Shown here piece after piece: positions 52,273 to 61,486 of a stretch of DNA of 64,000 nt. Every line of letters begins with the position of its first letter. Position 1 is the stretch's first letter. Source of the stretch: an uncultured Eubacteriales bacterium (GTDB taxonomy: Bacteria; Bacillota; Clostridia; Christensenellales; CAG-917); NCBI GenBank assembly GCA_900322215.1, contig ONYW01000006.1:8304-72303 (forward strand), in the 5' to 3' direction. The position numbers and the translations under genes are program-made. Below the pieces are notes generated by a model. It made no database searches. It was given only the letters and a program-made list of their open reading frames with translations, and was not told the origin of the DNA.

Positions 52273-53813
52273 TTTGTTGCCTCCTTCTTTGCTTCCAAAT
52301 CTTCGAGAATTGCCTTTGCGGCGGCTCTGCCGTTCGTGACAGCCGGGCCCATGCCGTTGCCGGACATACCTGTTGAGCAGGCAAATTCAAGACCGTCTAT
52401 AAAGTGATCTTCGTGCTTCATACCAAGGCGAGCGACCGCGTGGTTGTCCATAGAGTGTGTATAGCCGTAAATGCTACCCTTCCATGCGCCGACATAGTGC
52501 GAGATCGTGACAGGCGTCTCGATTTCGATTTCCGTAATGTTCGGACGGAAGTCAACGCCGGTGATTTTGATGCACTCTTCCATCATCTCGTTTGCGAGAC
52601 GACGCTTGAGGTCAAAGTAGTCTTCCTCTTTGAGTCCGTTGAACGCCGTGACGGGAACGAGCGCCGTGATAGAGATTTGAGTGTATCCCTCGGGTACGCA
52701 GTGCGGGTTGGCATAGTTCAAGCAAATCGTCGTGATATAGTTGTAAGGTTCGGTGATATTCTTGTAGTTTTCCCAAATCTCGTTCGTATCCATCGTACTG
52801 CCGGAGAATGTGGAATAGTTGGTGATTCCGTTCTCTTTCGGCGTGCCTTCGAGCACTGCGATGACGGAGACCGGGCAAACGGACAAACGCATACCGTTGA
52901 CAAACTTGATAGCCCTCTTCGGAACTTCGGTGAGAGGCTCGATCATTTGCGTATAGACCTTGTTTGGGTATGCGCCGGAGACGACGTAGTCGCAATGGAT
53001 CTCGTGACCGCTCTTTGTTCTTACGCCGTAGACTTTGCCGTCCTTGACGAGAATCTTGTCGACTTCTTGCTTAAATTCGATTTGCGCGCCGTTTTCTTCC
53101 GCTTTCTTTTCGAGTTTCATACTCATCTCGTGAGAGTAGCCGCGGCATACGTAACTTCCCGTGAAGTAGTCCGCCATGAGGAAAGCGTAGATGGTGAATG
53201 GAAGATCGTCCATGCGGTTGCCGACGTAGATCCAATACGGTGTGAGCATTTCAACCGCTTTCTTCGGAAGGTTGAAAGTGTTGATGACTTCGGTTGCGCT
53301 GTATCCGATGGTCTTGACAAAGTCGGGGTGCTTCATAAGCATTTGAACCTTGCTCATCGGCGTCACGGACAAGATGTTCATGCTGTCGTAAACTCTACGG
53401 CAAAGGAGCAGGAGTTCGTGTACTTTTTCGTAGGTGCCGGGGACGACTGCGTCCACCTCTTTTGCTGCAGTTTCATAGCCTTCGTGAAGCACTGCGTCAA
53501 TGCCGGAATTCGGCAAAGCGACGCGGTAGCACTCGGGAACTTTGAGCCAGTCGATATTGACGCCCATATCGTCAAAGAATTGACCGACTTTGAGACGCTT
53601 GCCCGGCTCGCCGATAGACATCATTTCGTGAAGAGTCGCTTCGATTTCAAAGCCGTTTCTCACAAAGTCCGTCGCAAGACCGCCCGGAAGGTTGTGCTTT
53701 TCAAGGATAAGAATATCCTTTACGCCCTTTGCTTGAAGTTGAAGAGCGCAGGAAAGACCGGAAAGCGCACCGCCTATGATAACTACATCATAATGGTCTT
53801 TAAAATAACTCAT
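52269..53813 (-). CDS. CrtI/phytoene-desaturase-family FAD oxidoreductase
   Basis: 514 aa. YDVVIIGGALSGLSCA..ILEKHNLPGG dinucleotide fold. RBS AAAGGAAAA. Confidence 0.75.
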   Translation of the reverse strand: MSYFKDHYDVVIIGGALSGLSCALQLQAKGVKDILILEKHNLPGGLATDFVRNGFEIEATLHEMMSIGEPGKRLKVGQFFDDMGVNIDWLKVPECYRVALPNSGIDAVLHEGYETAAKEVDAVVPGTYEKVHELLLLCRRVYDSMNILSVTPMSKVQMLMKHPDFVKTIGYSATEVINTFNLPKKAVEMLTPYWIYVGNRMDDLPFTIYAFLMADYFTGSYVCRGYSHEMSMKLEKKAEENGAQIEFKQEVDKILVKDGKVYGVRTKSGHEIHCDYVVSGAYPNKVYTQMIEPLTEVPKRAIKFVNGMRLSVCPVSVIAVLEGTPKENGITNYSTFSGSTMDTNEIWENYKNITEPYNYITTICLNYANPHCVPEGYTQISITALVPVTAFNGLKEEDYFDLKRRLANEMMEECIKITGVDFRPNITEIEIETPVTISHYVGAWKGSIYGYTHSMDNHAVARLGMKHEDHFIDGLEFACSTGMSGNGMGPAVTNGRAAAKAILEDLEAKKEATK

Positions 53814-53915
53814 AATTTATTTTCCTTTTCTTGTTATTATAATAATAAATAGAATAAATCCTAAATTATTAAAACGGGAAGGGAAAAATCCCTTCCCGCA
53901 ATATTTTGATGTTTA

Positions 53916-55304
53916 TTAGAAGAAACGATCGACAAGTTCTTTGGAGTACTCTGCCGTTTCGTCCATGTCGCCGAAGGACATAACTTCGCCTGCATAGTAT
54001 GTGTCATACTTGCCTTGCATTGCTTCGACCTTGTCGTACCAACCGTCTGCATAGTCTTTGCTAAAGACATGCGGGAAGTAGTAGACGCTCCATTCGTTGA
54101 CAACGTTGGATGCCGGGTTGTGCATTGTCTTGAGGTCTTCGAGAACCATCTTCTTGCACTCTTCGTACGGGATCTCTTTGCTCTTTTGATGTTTACGGAG
54201 AGCATAAGTCGTGATGACTTGATCCTTCGTGTCTTTCCAACGACGATAGTAAACCATGAGGTGTCCGAGTGTTTCCGGAGTCATGTTGTCAAAGACATAG
54301 TAGGAGATTTCAGGGTGATCTTCCGGTTTTGTTTCAACTGCGAGAACGTCGTATCTCTCATAGTCGATCTTGGAGAAGAGTTCCTTTTCGTCTTCACGTG
54401 CGTCGAAGTAGTCAACCATGCCGACTTGACCGTCCGCTCTCTTGTTCGGGATATAGAGAGGAGCCGTGACGATGATCTTGTCATATTCTTCAACTTTGCC
54501 GTTGACCGTGACGAAGACCTTGCCGTCCTTTCTTTCGACCTTTTCGATCTTTTGGTTGAGTCTTGCTGGGTTCTTGAGGTGTGCTTGAACGCCTTCCCAA
54601 ATGGATTGCGTACCGTCTTTCCATGTCCAAAGGTTGACTTTGACGAAGTTCATGCAGGTTTGGAAGTCAAGATATTTGAGGACGTATGCTGCAGGGATTT
54701 CATCGAAGTAGCCGTAGCCGAAAGATGTGAACGGGCCGATCCAAACTTTTTGAATGAGGGAGATGCCGTTCTTTTTGCAGAACTCGTTGAATGGGAGTGC
54801 GAGGTCTTTCAAATTCTCGTTGACGCCGCTGATAGGTTCACGCTTTGCGTTTCTTTGAGAGCAACCTTCGTATCTGCCTTGTGCAACACCGCGGTGACCG
54901 TTTACGTCATAACCGACATATTTTGTCTCGAGGATTTCGCCAAGTTTCTTGATTTGCTTCTTCATCTTGAGAAGTTGAGGAATCTTGAGCGGGTTCTTCT
55001 TCGGGTTGAATGGCTCGATGACCTTGCCTTGTGCGTTCTTGTAGTTTCTGTTGAGTTGCGGGCCGTCGTGCGTCGTGTGTCCGAACACTTCCGCGTCGTG
55101 AACAGCATAGTAGGAATCAACACCCATGATAGCGCCCATTTCATAGCGTCTGCCATTGTAGTGTGGTGACCAGCACTTGCCGCCGACTCTGTCGAGTCTT
55201 TCAAGAATCGTGTAGTTTTCGTATCCTTTTTGTTCGAGGTACATACCTGCGGAGAGACCTGCAGGGCCGCCGCCTACGATACAAATACGAGTTTTTTTGT
55301 CCAT
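53916..55304 (-). CDS. FAD-dependent polyunsaturated fatty acid (linoleate) isomerase, P. acnes PAI-like
   Basis: ATG 55304 (MDKKTRICIVGGGPAGL..) has GGAGGAA upstream. Collinear blocks recalled from PAI: GMYLEQKGY..YTILER.DRVGGKCWSPHYNGRRYEMGAIMG, PAAYVLKYLDF, LWTWKDGTQ, LGHLMVYYRRW, YAGEVMSFG. Confidence 0.7.
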   Translation of the reverse strand: MDKKTRICIVGGGPAGLSAGMYLEQKGYENYTILERLDRVGGKCWSPHYNGRRYEMGAIMGVDSYYAVHDAEVFGHTTHDGPQLNRNYKNAQGKVIEPFNPKKNPLKIPQLLKMKKQIKKLGEILETKYVGYDVNGHRGVAQGRYEGCSQRNAKREPISGVNENLKDLALPFNEFCKKNGISLIQKVWIGPFTSFGYGYFDEIPAAYVLKYLDFQTCMNFVKVNLWTWKDGTQSIWEGVQAHLKNPARLNQKIEKVERKDGKVFVTVNGKVEEYDKIIVTAPLYIPNKRADGQVGMVDYFDAREDEKELFSKIDYERYDVLAVETKPEDHPEISYYVFDNMTPETLGHLMVYYRRWKDTKDQVITTYALRKHQKSKEIPYEECKKMVLEDLKTMHNPASNVVNEWSVYYFPHVFSKDYADGWYDKVEAMQGKYDTYYAGEVMSFGDMDETAEYSKELVDRFF

Positions 55305-55499
55305 AATTTGTTCCTCCATATTGATATCAATTTGAGATATTTTATTTAATATCACGAAGATTATACTATATATTTTTTCAAATTGCACTACTTTTTTGAA
55401 AATTTCTTATTTTTTGCTAAATTTTTATCGAAAAAGGTCTACCAAAACGCCAAATTCTATGCTAAACTATGGTTACAAACAGTCAGGGGGAACAAAAAA

Positions 55500-56867
55500 G
55501 TGAGATTCAGTTCGTTCAAAGAGATACTTACACACTTTTCAAACAACCGAAATCCGGCGTTAATCTACGACAAAAACGGTGTTAAGACTCCCCTTTCTTT
55601 CGCGGAGCTTTTGAGCCTCGTCGAAAAACGCGAAAAGGAACTCTCTGCGGAGGGCAAAACTTCTATCGGCGTCTTTTGCGCGCCGACGCCCGAGTGCATA
55701 GCGACGATCTTTGCCGCGGCTGCGCTCAAAATGCAGGTGGTTATGCTTGACGACGGCATTGCGGACGAATCCATTGCCCTTCAAATCAAAATGGCCGACG
55801 TCGACTCGCTCTATGCGGACGACAAGGACACGGAAGAGGACTTCAAACAGTATCTTACAAGCGGTGTAGAAAAGGGCGCGAACAGGATTTTGTTTTTCAC
55901 CTCGGGCACGACAAGCACTTCAAAGGCAGTCGTTTTGACAGAACAAAGCCTGTGCAACAGCGCGTACAACGGCTCGGCAAAACTCCCGCTTACTCAAGGC
56001 GATACTCTCCTCTGCCTGCTCCCGCTCGCGCACGTGTTCGGATTTATTTGCAGCCTGCTTTGGGGACTCTCCTGCGGAGCGACCGTCGCGTTGTCCCGCG
56101 GCGCGAGGTATTTGCCGTTCGATATGGGCTATTTCGAGCCGACGGCGGTGTCCGTCGTGCCTATGCTCCTCGGCTTTATGCTCCAACAAAAACTTTTGAA
56201 CGCAAATCTCAAAACTATCTTGGTCGGCGCGGGCGACTGCCCTCAACCTCTTCTCGACGCCGCAGCGGCGATGGGTAAGCACGTGTCGTTTGGCTACGGG
56301 CTGACGGAGACGAGTTCCGGCGTTGCGATAAGCGTACAGGGCGATCCGCGCGCAATGGAAGTTTGCCCCGATGACAAGATCACGATCGCGGACGACGGCG
56401 AAATTTTGATTTTTGCCCCGACCTGCATCATGCAGGGCTACTACAAGGACGAAAAGGCGACGAGAGAGGCGATAAAAAACGGCGTTCTCTACACGGGCGA
56501 CTTAGGCTATCTCGACGACGAGGGCAAACTGCACATTACGGGCAGGAAAAAGGAAATGCTCGTGTTGCCGAGCGGTACGAAAATTTTCTTGCCCGAATAC
56601 GAGGGCAAACTCGCTCGCGCGCTTGCAAATCCTGAACTTGCTGTTATACTAATAGATGACAAGCCCGCCCTCTATATAAAAGAGGACGAACAAAACCGCG
56701 CGGCGCTTCAAGAAAAACTCGCGAGCGTTATGAGAGAACTCCCCCGCGCACAGCAAATATCCAACATAATATTTACCGACAAGCCACTCCCAAGAACGGC
56801 TACCGGCAAAATCAAAAGATGGGAAATACAAAAATCGGAGGAACAAAAAAATGGCAAAAATGACTAG
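55500..56867 (+). CDS. Acyl-AMP ligase (AMP-binding family, fatty-acyl type)
   Basis: GTG 55500 is preceded by AGGGGGAA; the track start at 55383 would overlap the divergent promoter region. Motifs FTSGTTSTSKAV, YGLTE, YTGDLGYLDDEG and LPRTATGKIKR. Confidence 0.75.
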   Translation: MRFSSFKEILTHFSNNRNPALIYDKNGVKTPLSFAELLSLVEKREKELSAEGKTSIGVFCAPTPECIATIFAAAALKMQVVMLDDGIADESIALQIKMADVDSLYADDKDTEEDFKQYLTSGVEKGANRILFFTSGTTSTSKAVVLTEQSLCNSAYNGSAKLPLTQGDTLLCLLPLAHVFGFICSLLWGLSCGATVALSRGARYLPFDMGYFEPTAVSVVPMLLGFMLQQKLLNANLKTILVGAGDCPQPLLDAAAAMGKHVSFGYGLTETSSGVAISVQGDPRAMEVCPDDKITIADDGEILIFAPTCIMQGYYKDEKATREAIKNGVLYTGDLGYLDDEGKLHITGRKKEMLVLPSGTKIFLPEYEGKLARALANPELAVILIDDKPALYIKEDEQNRAALQEKLASVMRELPRAQQISNIIFTDKPLPRTATGKIKRWEIQKSEEQKNGKND

Positions 56868-57102
56868 AGAGGAATTGCTCCAAACTATCCTTGACACGAT
56901 CTATGAGTGTGCACCTGACCTTGAAGGTAAGGAACTTACTGAGGAGACCGTCATCAACACGGACACAGGCGTGGATTCTATGGGTATGACTCTCATCATC
57001 TGCCGCTTAGAGGCACAACTCGGCGTCAGAGTCCCGCAAAGACAATGGAAAAAGCTGTTCACCCTCGGCGACGTGGTAGACGCTTTTTACAACCTTCTCT
57101 AA
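56851..57102 (+). CDS. Acyl carrier protein
   Basis: 83 aa. GVDSMGMTLI phosphopantetheine-Ser motif. RBS GGAGGAA. 17-nt overlap with the ligase gene. Confidence 0.8.
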   Translation: MAKMTREELLQTILDTIYECAPDLEGKELTEETVINTDTGVDSMGMTLIICRLEAQLGVRVPQRQWKKLFTLGDVVDAFYNLL

Positions 57103-57128
57103 TACGCACGGGCGCTCGCCCGAAGATT

Positions 57129-57839
57129 ATGGATTTATACGAAAAGAATTACCAAATTCAAAGTTCGGACGTGGATATGTTCCGCAAACTTCGCATATCG
57201 AAACTGTTTGAGTTTATGCAAGAGGCGGCTATTCACCACACGGAAGCCCTCGGCGCAGGAAGAGCAAAGACCTTGGACCGCGGGTTTTTGTGGGTTGTCA
57301 CCATGCAACACGCGGAAATCTCCCGTCTGCCCGAATACGACGAAAAAGTCAAACTCGTCTCCTGGCCGGGCGAGACTATGCACGTCATGTTCCCGAGGTA
57401 TTACGAACTTATCGCGGAAAACGGCGACGTACTTGCAAGAGGAAGCGCGGTGTGGATGCTCATGGACGTCGAGAGTCGCAGTATGATATTCCCCGACGAA
57501 GAGGGCATCGCAATAAAGGGTGTGACGACCGGGCGCGAATATCCGCTCCCCCGCCCGCAAAGACCGATGGACGCGACAAAAAACACGACTTTCACCGTGC
57601 CTTTTAGTTTTGCGGACATCAACGGACACCTCACGAACACCAAGTATTTTGACATAGCGGAAGACCTTACTTCCCTCTCCTCTTCGGGCAGAACTCCGAA
57701 GTACGCTGCGGCGGAATATTCGGGAGAGGCAAGATTTGGCGAAAACGTCGATATTGCCATCCGCGAAGAAGAAAACCTCGTCTTCCTGAACGGCACGAAA
57801 GACGCAAAAAAAGTGTTTAAAGTCCGAATTGAATACTGA
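57129..57839 (+). CDS. Acyl-ACP thioesterase family protein
   Basis: 236 aa from ATG 57129 (MDLYEKNYQIQSSDVDMFRKLRISKLFEFMQEAAIHH), a double-hotdog thioesterase pattern. Confidence 0.7.
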   Translation: MDLYEKNYQIQSSDVDMFRKLRISKLFEFMQEAAIHHTEALGAGRAKTLDRGFLWVVTMQHAEISRLPEYDEKVKLVSWPGETMHVMFPRYYELIAENGDVLARGSAVWMLMDVESRSMIFPDEEGIAIKGVTTGREYPLPRPQRPMDATKNTTFTVPFSFADINGHLTNTKYFDIAEDLTSLSSSGRTPKYAAAEYSGEARFGENVDIAIREEENLVFLNGTKDAKKVFKVRIEY

Positions 57840-57845
57840 TAAACT

Positions 57846-58265
57846 ATGGATTATAAAAAATTTGACAATTTAATCGCAGTAAGACTTGACAAGGGCGACA
57901 GCACCATGTCAAGTCTTTTGTTTGTCGCAAAAAAGGAAAATCTCACCCTTGCTTCAATACAAGGCATAGGTGCGACGGACGACTTCGAAGTCGGGGTTTT
58001 CGACCTTGAAAAATCCGAATACGACCGCATTCGCTACACGGGAAATCACGAGATAAACTCGCTTGTCGGCAACCTGACGACAAAGGACGGCGAGCCGTAT
58101 CTCCACCTGCACATCACCGCCACCGGCAAGGACGGAAAGGTGGTCGGCGGACACCTGTTTGACGCAAAGATCTCCCTCACCGCCGAAATCTTCCTTATCA
58201 CGGCAAACGGCAAAGCCGAGCGCAAATTCGACAGTACCCTCGGCATAAATCAAATAACGTTTTGA
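57846..58265 (+). CDS. PPC (DUF296) domain protein
   Basis: 139 aa. ..IQGIGATDDFEVGVFD..LVGNLTTKDGEPYLHLHITATGKDGKVVGGHL.. is typical of DUF296. Confidence 0.7.
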   Translation: MDYKKFDNLIAVRLDKGDSTMSSLLFVAKKENLTLASIQGIGATDDFEVGVFDLEKSEYDRIRYTGNHEINSLVGNLTTKDGEPYLHLHITATGKDGKVVGGHLFDAKISLTAEIFLITANGKAERKFDSTLGINQITF

Positions 58266-58285
58266 TATGACTCAGACAAAGCAAA

Positions 58286-58312
58286 AGCACGGCGACGCCG
58301 TGCTTTTATTTT
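58286..58312 (+). terminator. Rho-independent terminator
   Basis: AGCACGGC-gac-GCCGTGCT followed by TTTATTTTG. Confidence 0.75.
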
Positions 58313-58391
58313 GTTGTTTTGTCGTTAAGTTGTTGTATAGATTGTTTTATTGTTTTGATGTTGTATTTTTTATTTTAGAAATGAAAATTTG

Positions 58392-59525
58392 TTATTCGTG
58401 ATCAAACACGGAGGAGACTTTTTCAAGTAGTTTTCTTATCTCCAAGTGTTGCGGACAGACCTTTTCGCACTTGCCGCACTTTATGCAGTCGCTCGCCTTG
58501 CCGTGCGCATTTGTGAGGACGTTTGAATAGTAATATTCCGTGTTCCAGTTGTGGAAGACCTCGTGCGAATTGAGCGCGGAGAACATGGACGGAATGAGAA
58601 TATCTTTCGGGCAATGGTTCTCCTCTATGCAATATTTGCACGCCGTGCAGGGAACAAGGTTGAGGCTCTTGAATATCTCGCGCACGCCGCTTATTGCTTT
58701 CATTTCTCTCTCGTCGAGGGGTTTGAAGTCTACCATCGCGGAGAGGTTGTCCGTCATTTGCTCCATGTTGCTCATGCCTGAAAGCACCATGCACATATTG
58801 TCGAAACTCGCGGCAAAGCGGAGCGCATAACTTGCGTTGCTGCCTCCTTTAAGGTCGCGGAGAATTTTGTCCGCGTCCGCAGGGAGATTCACAAGGCTTC
58901 CGCCCTTGACGGGCTCCATGACGATGACGGGCTTTCCGTATTTCACGCAGACGTCGTACACCTTTTTGCTCTCCACCGCCAAATCGTCGTAGTCAACATA
59001 GTTGAATTGGATTTGCACGATCTCTATCTCGGGGTGTTCGGAGAGGATCATATCCAGCACTTCCGCCTTGTCGTGGAAGGAGAGTCCGAGGTGACGGATT
59101 TTGCCCTCTTTTTTGAGTTCGTATGCCGTCTCGTATGCGTGGAGGCGCTTGAACTTTTGATAATTCACATTGTTTTGCGCGTGCATGAGGTAAAAGTCGA
59201 AGTATTCCACCCCGCAGGCTTCAAGTTGGCTTTCAAAGAAAGGACGAATGTCCTCTTCCGTCTTGAAATACGGCTCAGTGAGTTTGTCCGTGAGCAAAAA
59301 CTTCTCTCTCGGGTAGCGTTTTGCAACGCACTCGCGAATCGCTATCTCGCTCTTGCCGTTTATATAGCCGTGCGCCGTGTCAAAATAGTTGAGTCCTGAC
59401 TCAACAAAGGCGTCCGCCATCTTGCAAAACTCGGCGTAATCGACCTCGCCGTCCTTCATGGGAAGTCTCATACAGCCAAAGCCGAAGTTGCCGTTTATCT
59501 CGGGGAAAAACTTGTTCTTTTGCAT
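58392..59525 (-). CDS. Aldo/keto reductase with C-terminal 4Fe-4S-type Cys motifs
   Basis: ATG 59525 (MQKNKFFPEINGNFGFGCMRLP) has AGAGGAGA upstream. C-terminal Cys motifs CTACKYC and CIKCGKCEKVCP. Confidence 0.75.
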   Translation of the reverse strand: MQKNKFFPEINGNFGFGCMRLPMKDGEVDYAEFCKMADAFVESGLNYFDTAHGYINGKSEIAIRECVAKRYPREKFLLTDKLTEPYFKTEEDIRPFFESQLEACGVEYFDFYLMHAQNNVNYQKFKRLHAYETAYELKKEGKIRHLGLSFHDKAEVLDMILSEHPEIEIVQIQFNYVDYDDLAVESKKVYDVCVKYGKPVIVMEPVKGGSLVNLPADADKILRDLKGGSNASYALRFAASFDNMCMVLSGMSNMEQMTDNLSAMVDFKPLDEREMKAISGVREIFKSLNLVPCTACKYCIEENHCPKDILIPSMFSALNSHEVFHNWNTEYYYSNVLTNAHGKASDCIKCGKCEKVCPQHLEIRKLLEKVSSVFDHE

Positions 59526-59631
59526 AATATCTCCTCTTTCAAAAACGAATAATACGTGATAAAGATAAAAATATTTTACACGCAAACGCCTTTTCCGTCA
59601 ACAAAAACTTGAAATCTATGCCGTCAAACGA

Positions 59632-59667
59632 CAAAAAAGACTCCCGAAAATCGGGAGCCTTTTTTTG
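59632..59667. terminator. Bidirectional rho-independent terminator
   Basis: A6-GACTCCCGA-aaa-TCGGGAGcC-T7. Confidence 0.8.
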
Positions 59668-59692
59668 TTTTCAAATTGACTTTCAAGTCAAG

Positions 59693-61291
59693 TTATTCTT
59701 CGTCGGTCTTTTCGGAGTCTTGACCTGTTGCTTGTTCGTCTTCGAACGGTGTTTCCGTGATTTCGACAGGCACTTCGTCCTCTACGACGTCATTGCCACC
59801 CTCGGCAAGAGAACGAAGGTGTTCTTCCTTCTCCTCCTGAAGTGCCGCCACGCGCTTTTTGGAGAGCGGATAGACGAAGAGCAAGATGACCGCCATAACG
59901 CCGAACATCGCGGCAGGAATGAGGGTTGACAAGATGAACATGAGTCTGAGTTGTCCGTCGTTGAACACAAATCCGCCCGTTGCCGACTCGTAGTAGCCCA
60001 TTGCGAGGAGCGTTGCGCCGACCGCGATTGCGGAGATGGCTTGACCGAGTTTTCTGAAGAACATGAAGAACGCGTATGCCGTACCGTCGTCACGGCTTCC
60101 CGTCTTGACTTCGATTTCGTCGATAGCGTCAGCCGCCATTGCCCAAACTTGGAGCACGAAGAAGTTGAGACCGATACCGGAGATCAAGCAGAACACCATA
60201 AACGTGATGAGCGCGCCCATGCCCTTGCCCATAAAGAGTAGGAAGAACATAGCGAGGTTTGCGACAGCCGCGACAACCATACCTATGCCGCTGACTTCCT
60301 TCTTGCCGAACTTCTTGACGAGTTTCGGAGTGAAGAACATGAGGAACGCCATAGGGAGATACGTGAGGACCGTCGGGAGCATTGTCCAAATTCCGCCCTT
60401 TTCAAAGTAGAAGTTGATGAGGTAGGAATAGAAACTTTGAATGAACATCTGACCTGCAAGAAGAAGCATACTTGCAAGGGAGACGGCAACCATAGATTTG
60501 CTCTTGAAGAGTTTTTTGAAGACCTTGACGGTTGCGCCCTTTTCTTGCACGACAGGCATCGGTTTGACTCTTTCCTTGTTGCCGAAGAACGCGATGAGGA
60601 GCATCGCGAGTGCAACGACCGACATGACGACGACGCCGATGATGAGAATCGTATAGTTGACGCCGCCCGGGACGTAGCCCTCTTCACCCGGCGTGCCTTG
60701 CGCCGCCTTGAACGCGACCATACCGATGATCATGACGGGCATGCTTCCGAGAGCCGCACCGACGCTTCTCCAAACGGAGAGTTTTGAACGCTCCTTTTCG
60801 TCAAGCGTAACGACGGACGCGAGAGAGCCGTACGGAATTTGAATGACCGTGTAGCACATACCGAACAAGATATACGTCACAGCGGCGTAAGCGGATACGC
60901 CGACAGAACCCGGCTCACTGCCAAATCCCGGCCATTTGATAAACATCAAAATCGCGGAGATCACGAGCGGAATCGAGCCGTACAGGAACCACGGGCGGTA
61001 TCTGCCCCACCTGGACGTCTTGACCGTGTCGCAAATTCTGCCCATAATCGGGTCGTTTATTGCGTCCCACACGCGCGCTACGACAAACATCAACATGATG
61101 TAGAGCGGATGCAACAAAAGTACGTCCGTGTAGTAGCGTTGCAGGAGCGTCGTAACGAGACCGAAAACGAGACAGCAACCGGTATCGCCGAGCGCGTAGG
61201 CAAGGTAATCTTTGCCTTTAAGACCGCTGGCTCTTGCGATAAAACTTTCTTTTTGTGCGCCTTCTTGCGCAACGTTTGTTTCTTCGCTCAT
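59693..61291 (-). CDS. Glycoside-pentoside-hexuronide (GPH):cation symporter family transporter with acidic C-terminal tail
   Basis: 532 aa, 12-TM pattern. YALGDTGCCLVFGLVTTLLQRYYTDVL is typical of MelB/GPH. RBS AAGGGG. Confidence 0.75.
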   Translation of the reverse strand: MSEETNVAQEGAQKESFIARASGLKGKDYLAYALGDTGCCLVFGLVTTLLQRYYTDVLLLHPLYIMLMFVVARVWDAINDPIMGRICDTVKTSRWGRYRPWFLYGSIPLVISAILMFIKWPGFGSEPGSVGVSAYAAVTYILFGMCYTVIQIPYGSLASVVTLDEKERSKLSVWRSVGAALGSMPVMIIGMVAFKAAQGTPGEEGYVPGGVNYTILIIGVVVMSVVALAMLLIAFFGNKERVKPMPVVQEKGATVKVFKKLFKSKSMVAVSLASMLLLAGQMFIQSFYSYLINFYFEKGGIWTMLPTVLTYLPMAFLMFFTPKLVKKFGKKEVSGIGMVVAAVANLAMFFLLFMGKGMGALITFMVFCLISGIGLNFFVLQVWAMAADAIDEIEVKTGSRDDGTAYAFFMFFRKLGQAISAIAVGATLLAMGYYESATGGFVFNDGQLRLMFILSTLIPAAMFGVMAVILLFVYPLSKKRVAALQEEKEEHLRSLAEGGNDVVEDEVPVEITETPFEDEQATGQDSEKTDEE

Positions 61292-61372
61292 AATTTACCC
61301 CTTATAAATTATTTTATAATTTTTAATTATAAACTTGGTTTGTTTTAAATTTTCCACTTGCTAAAACCGGGA

Positions 61373-61478
61373 TATTTGGATGAGATGCAAGGCATTGCGC
61401 TTCGAACGGGCAACCCAGTGTACATAGGCGTACACGGTTGAACGGGCGAAGTGCAATAACACAGCAGGTCGCCAAATA
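61373..61478. repeat. 106-nt structured intergenic element (archetype of the family)
   Basis: Terminal inverted repeat TATTTGG/CCAAATA. Flank motifs GGATGAGATGC and GCAGGTCGCCAA. Long imperfect stem with apex CCCAGTGTACA-taggc-GTACACGG. Sits 8 nt past the stop (61487-61489) of the upstream gene. Confidence 0.75.
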
Positions 61479-61486
61479 GCACGGTT

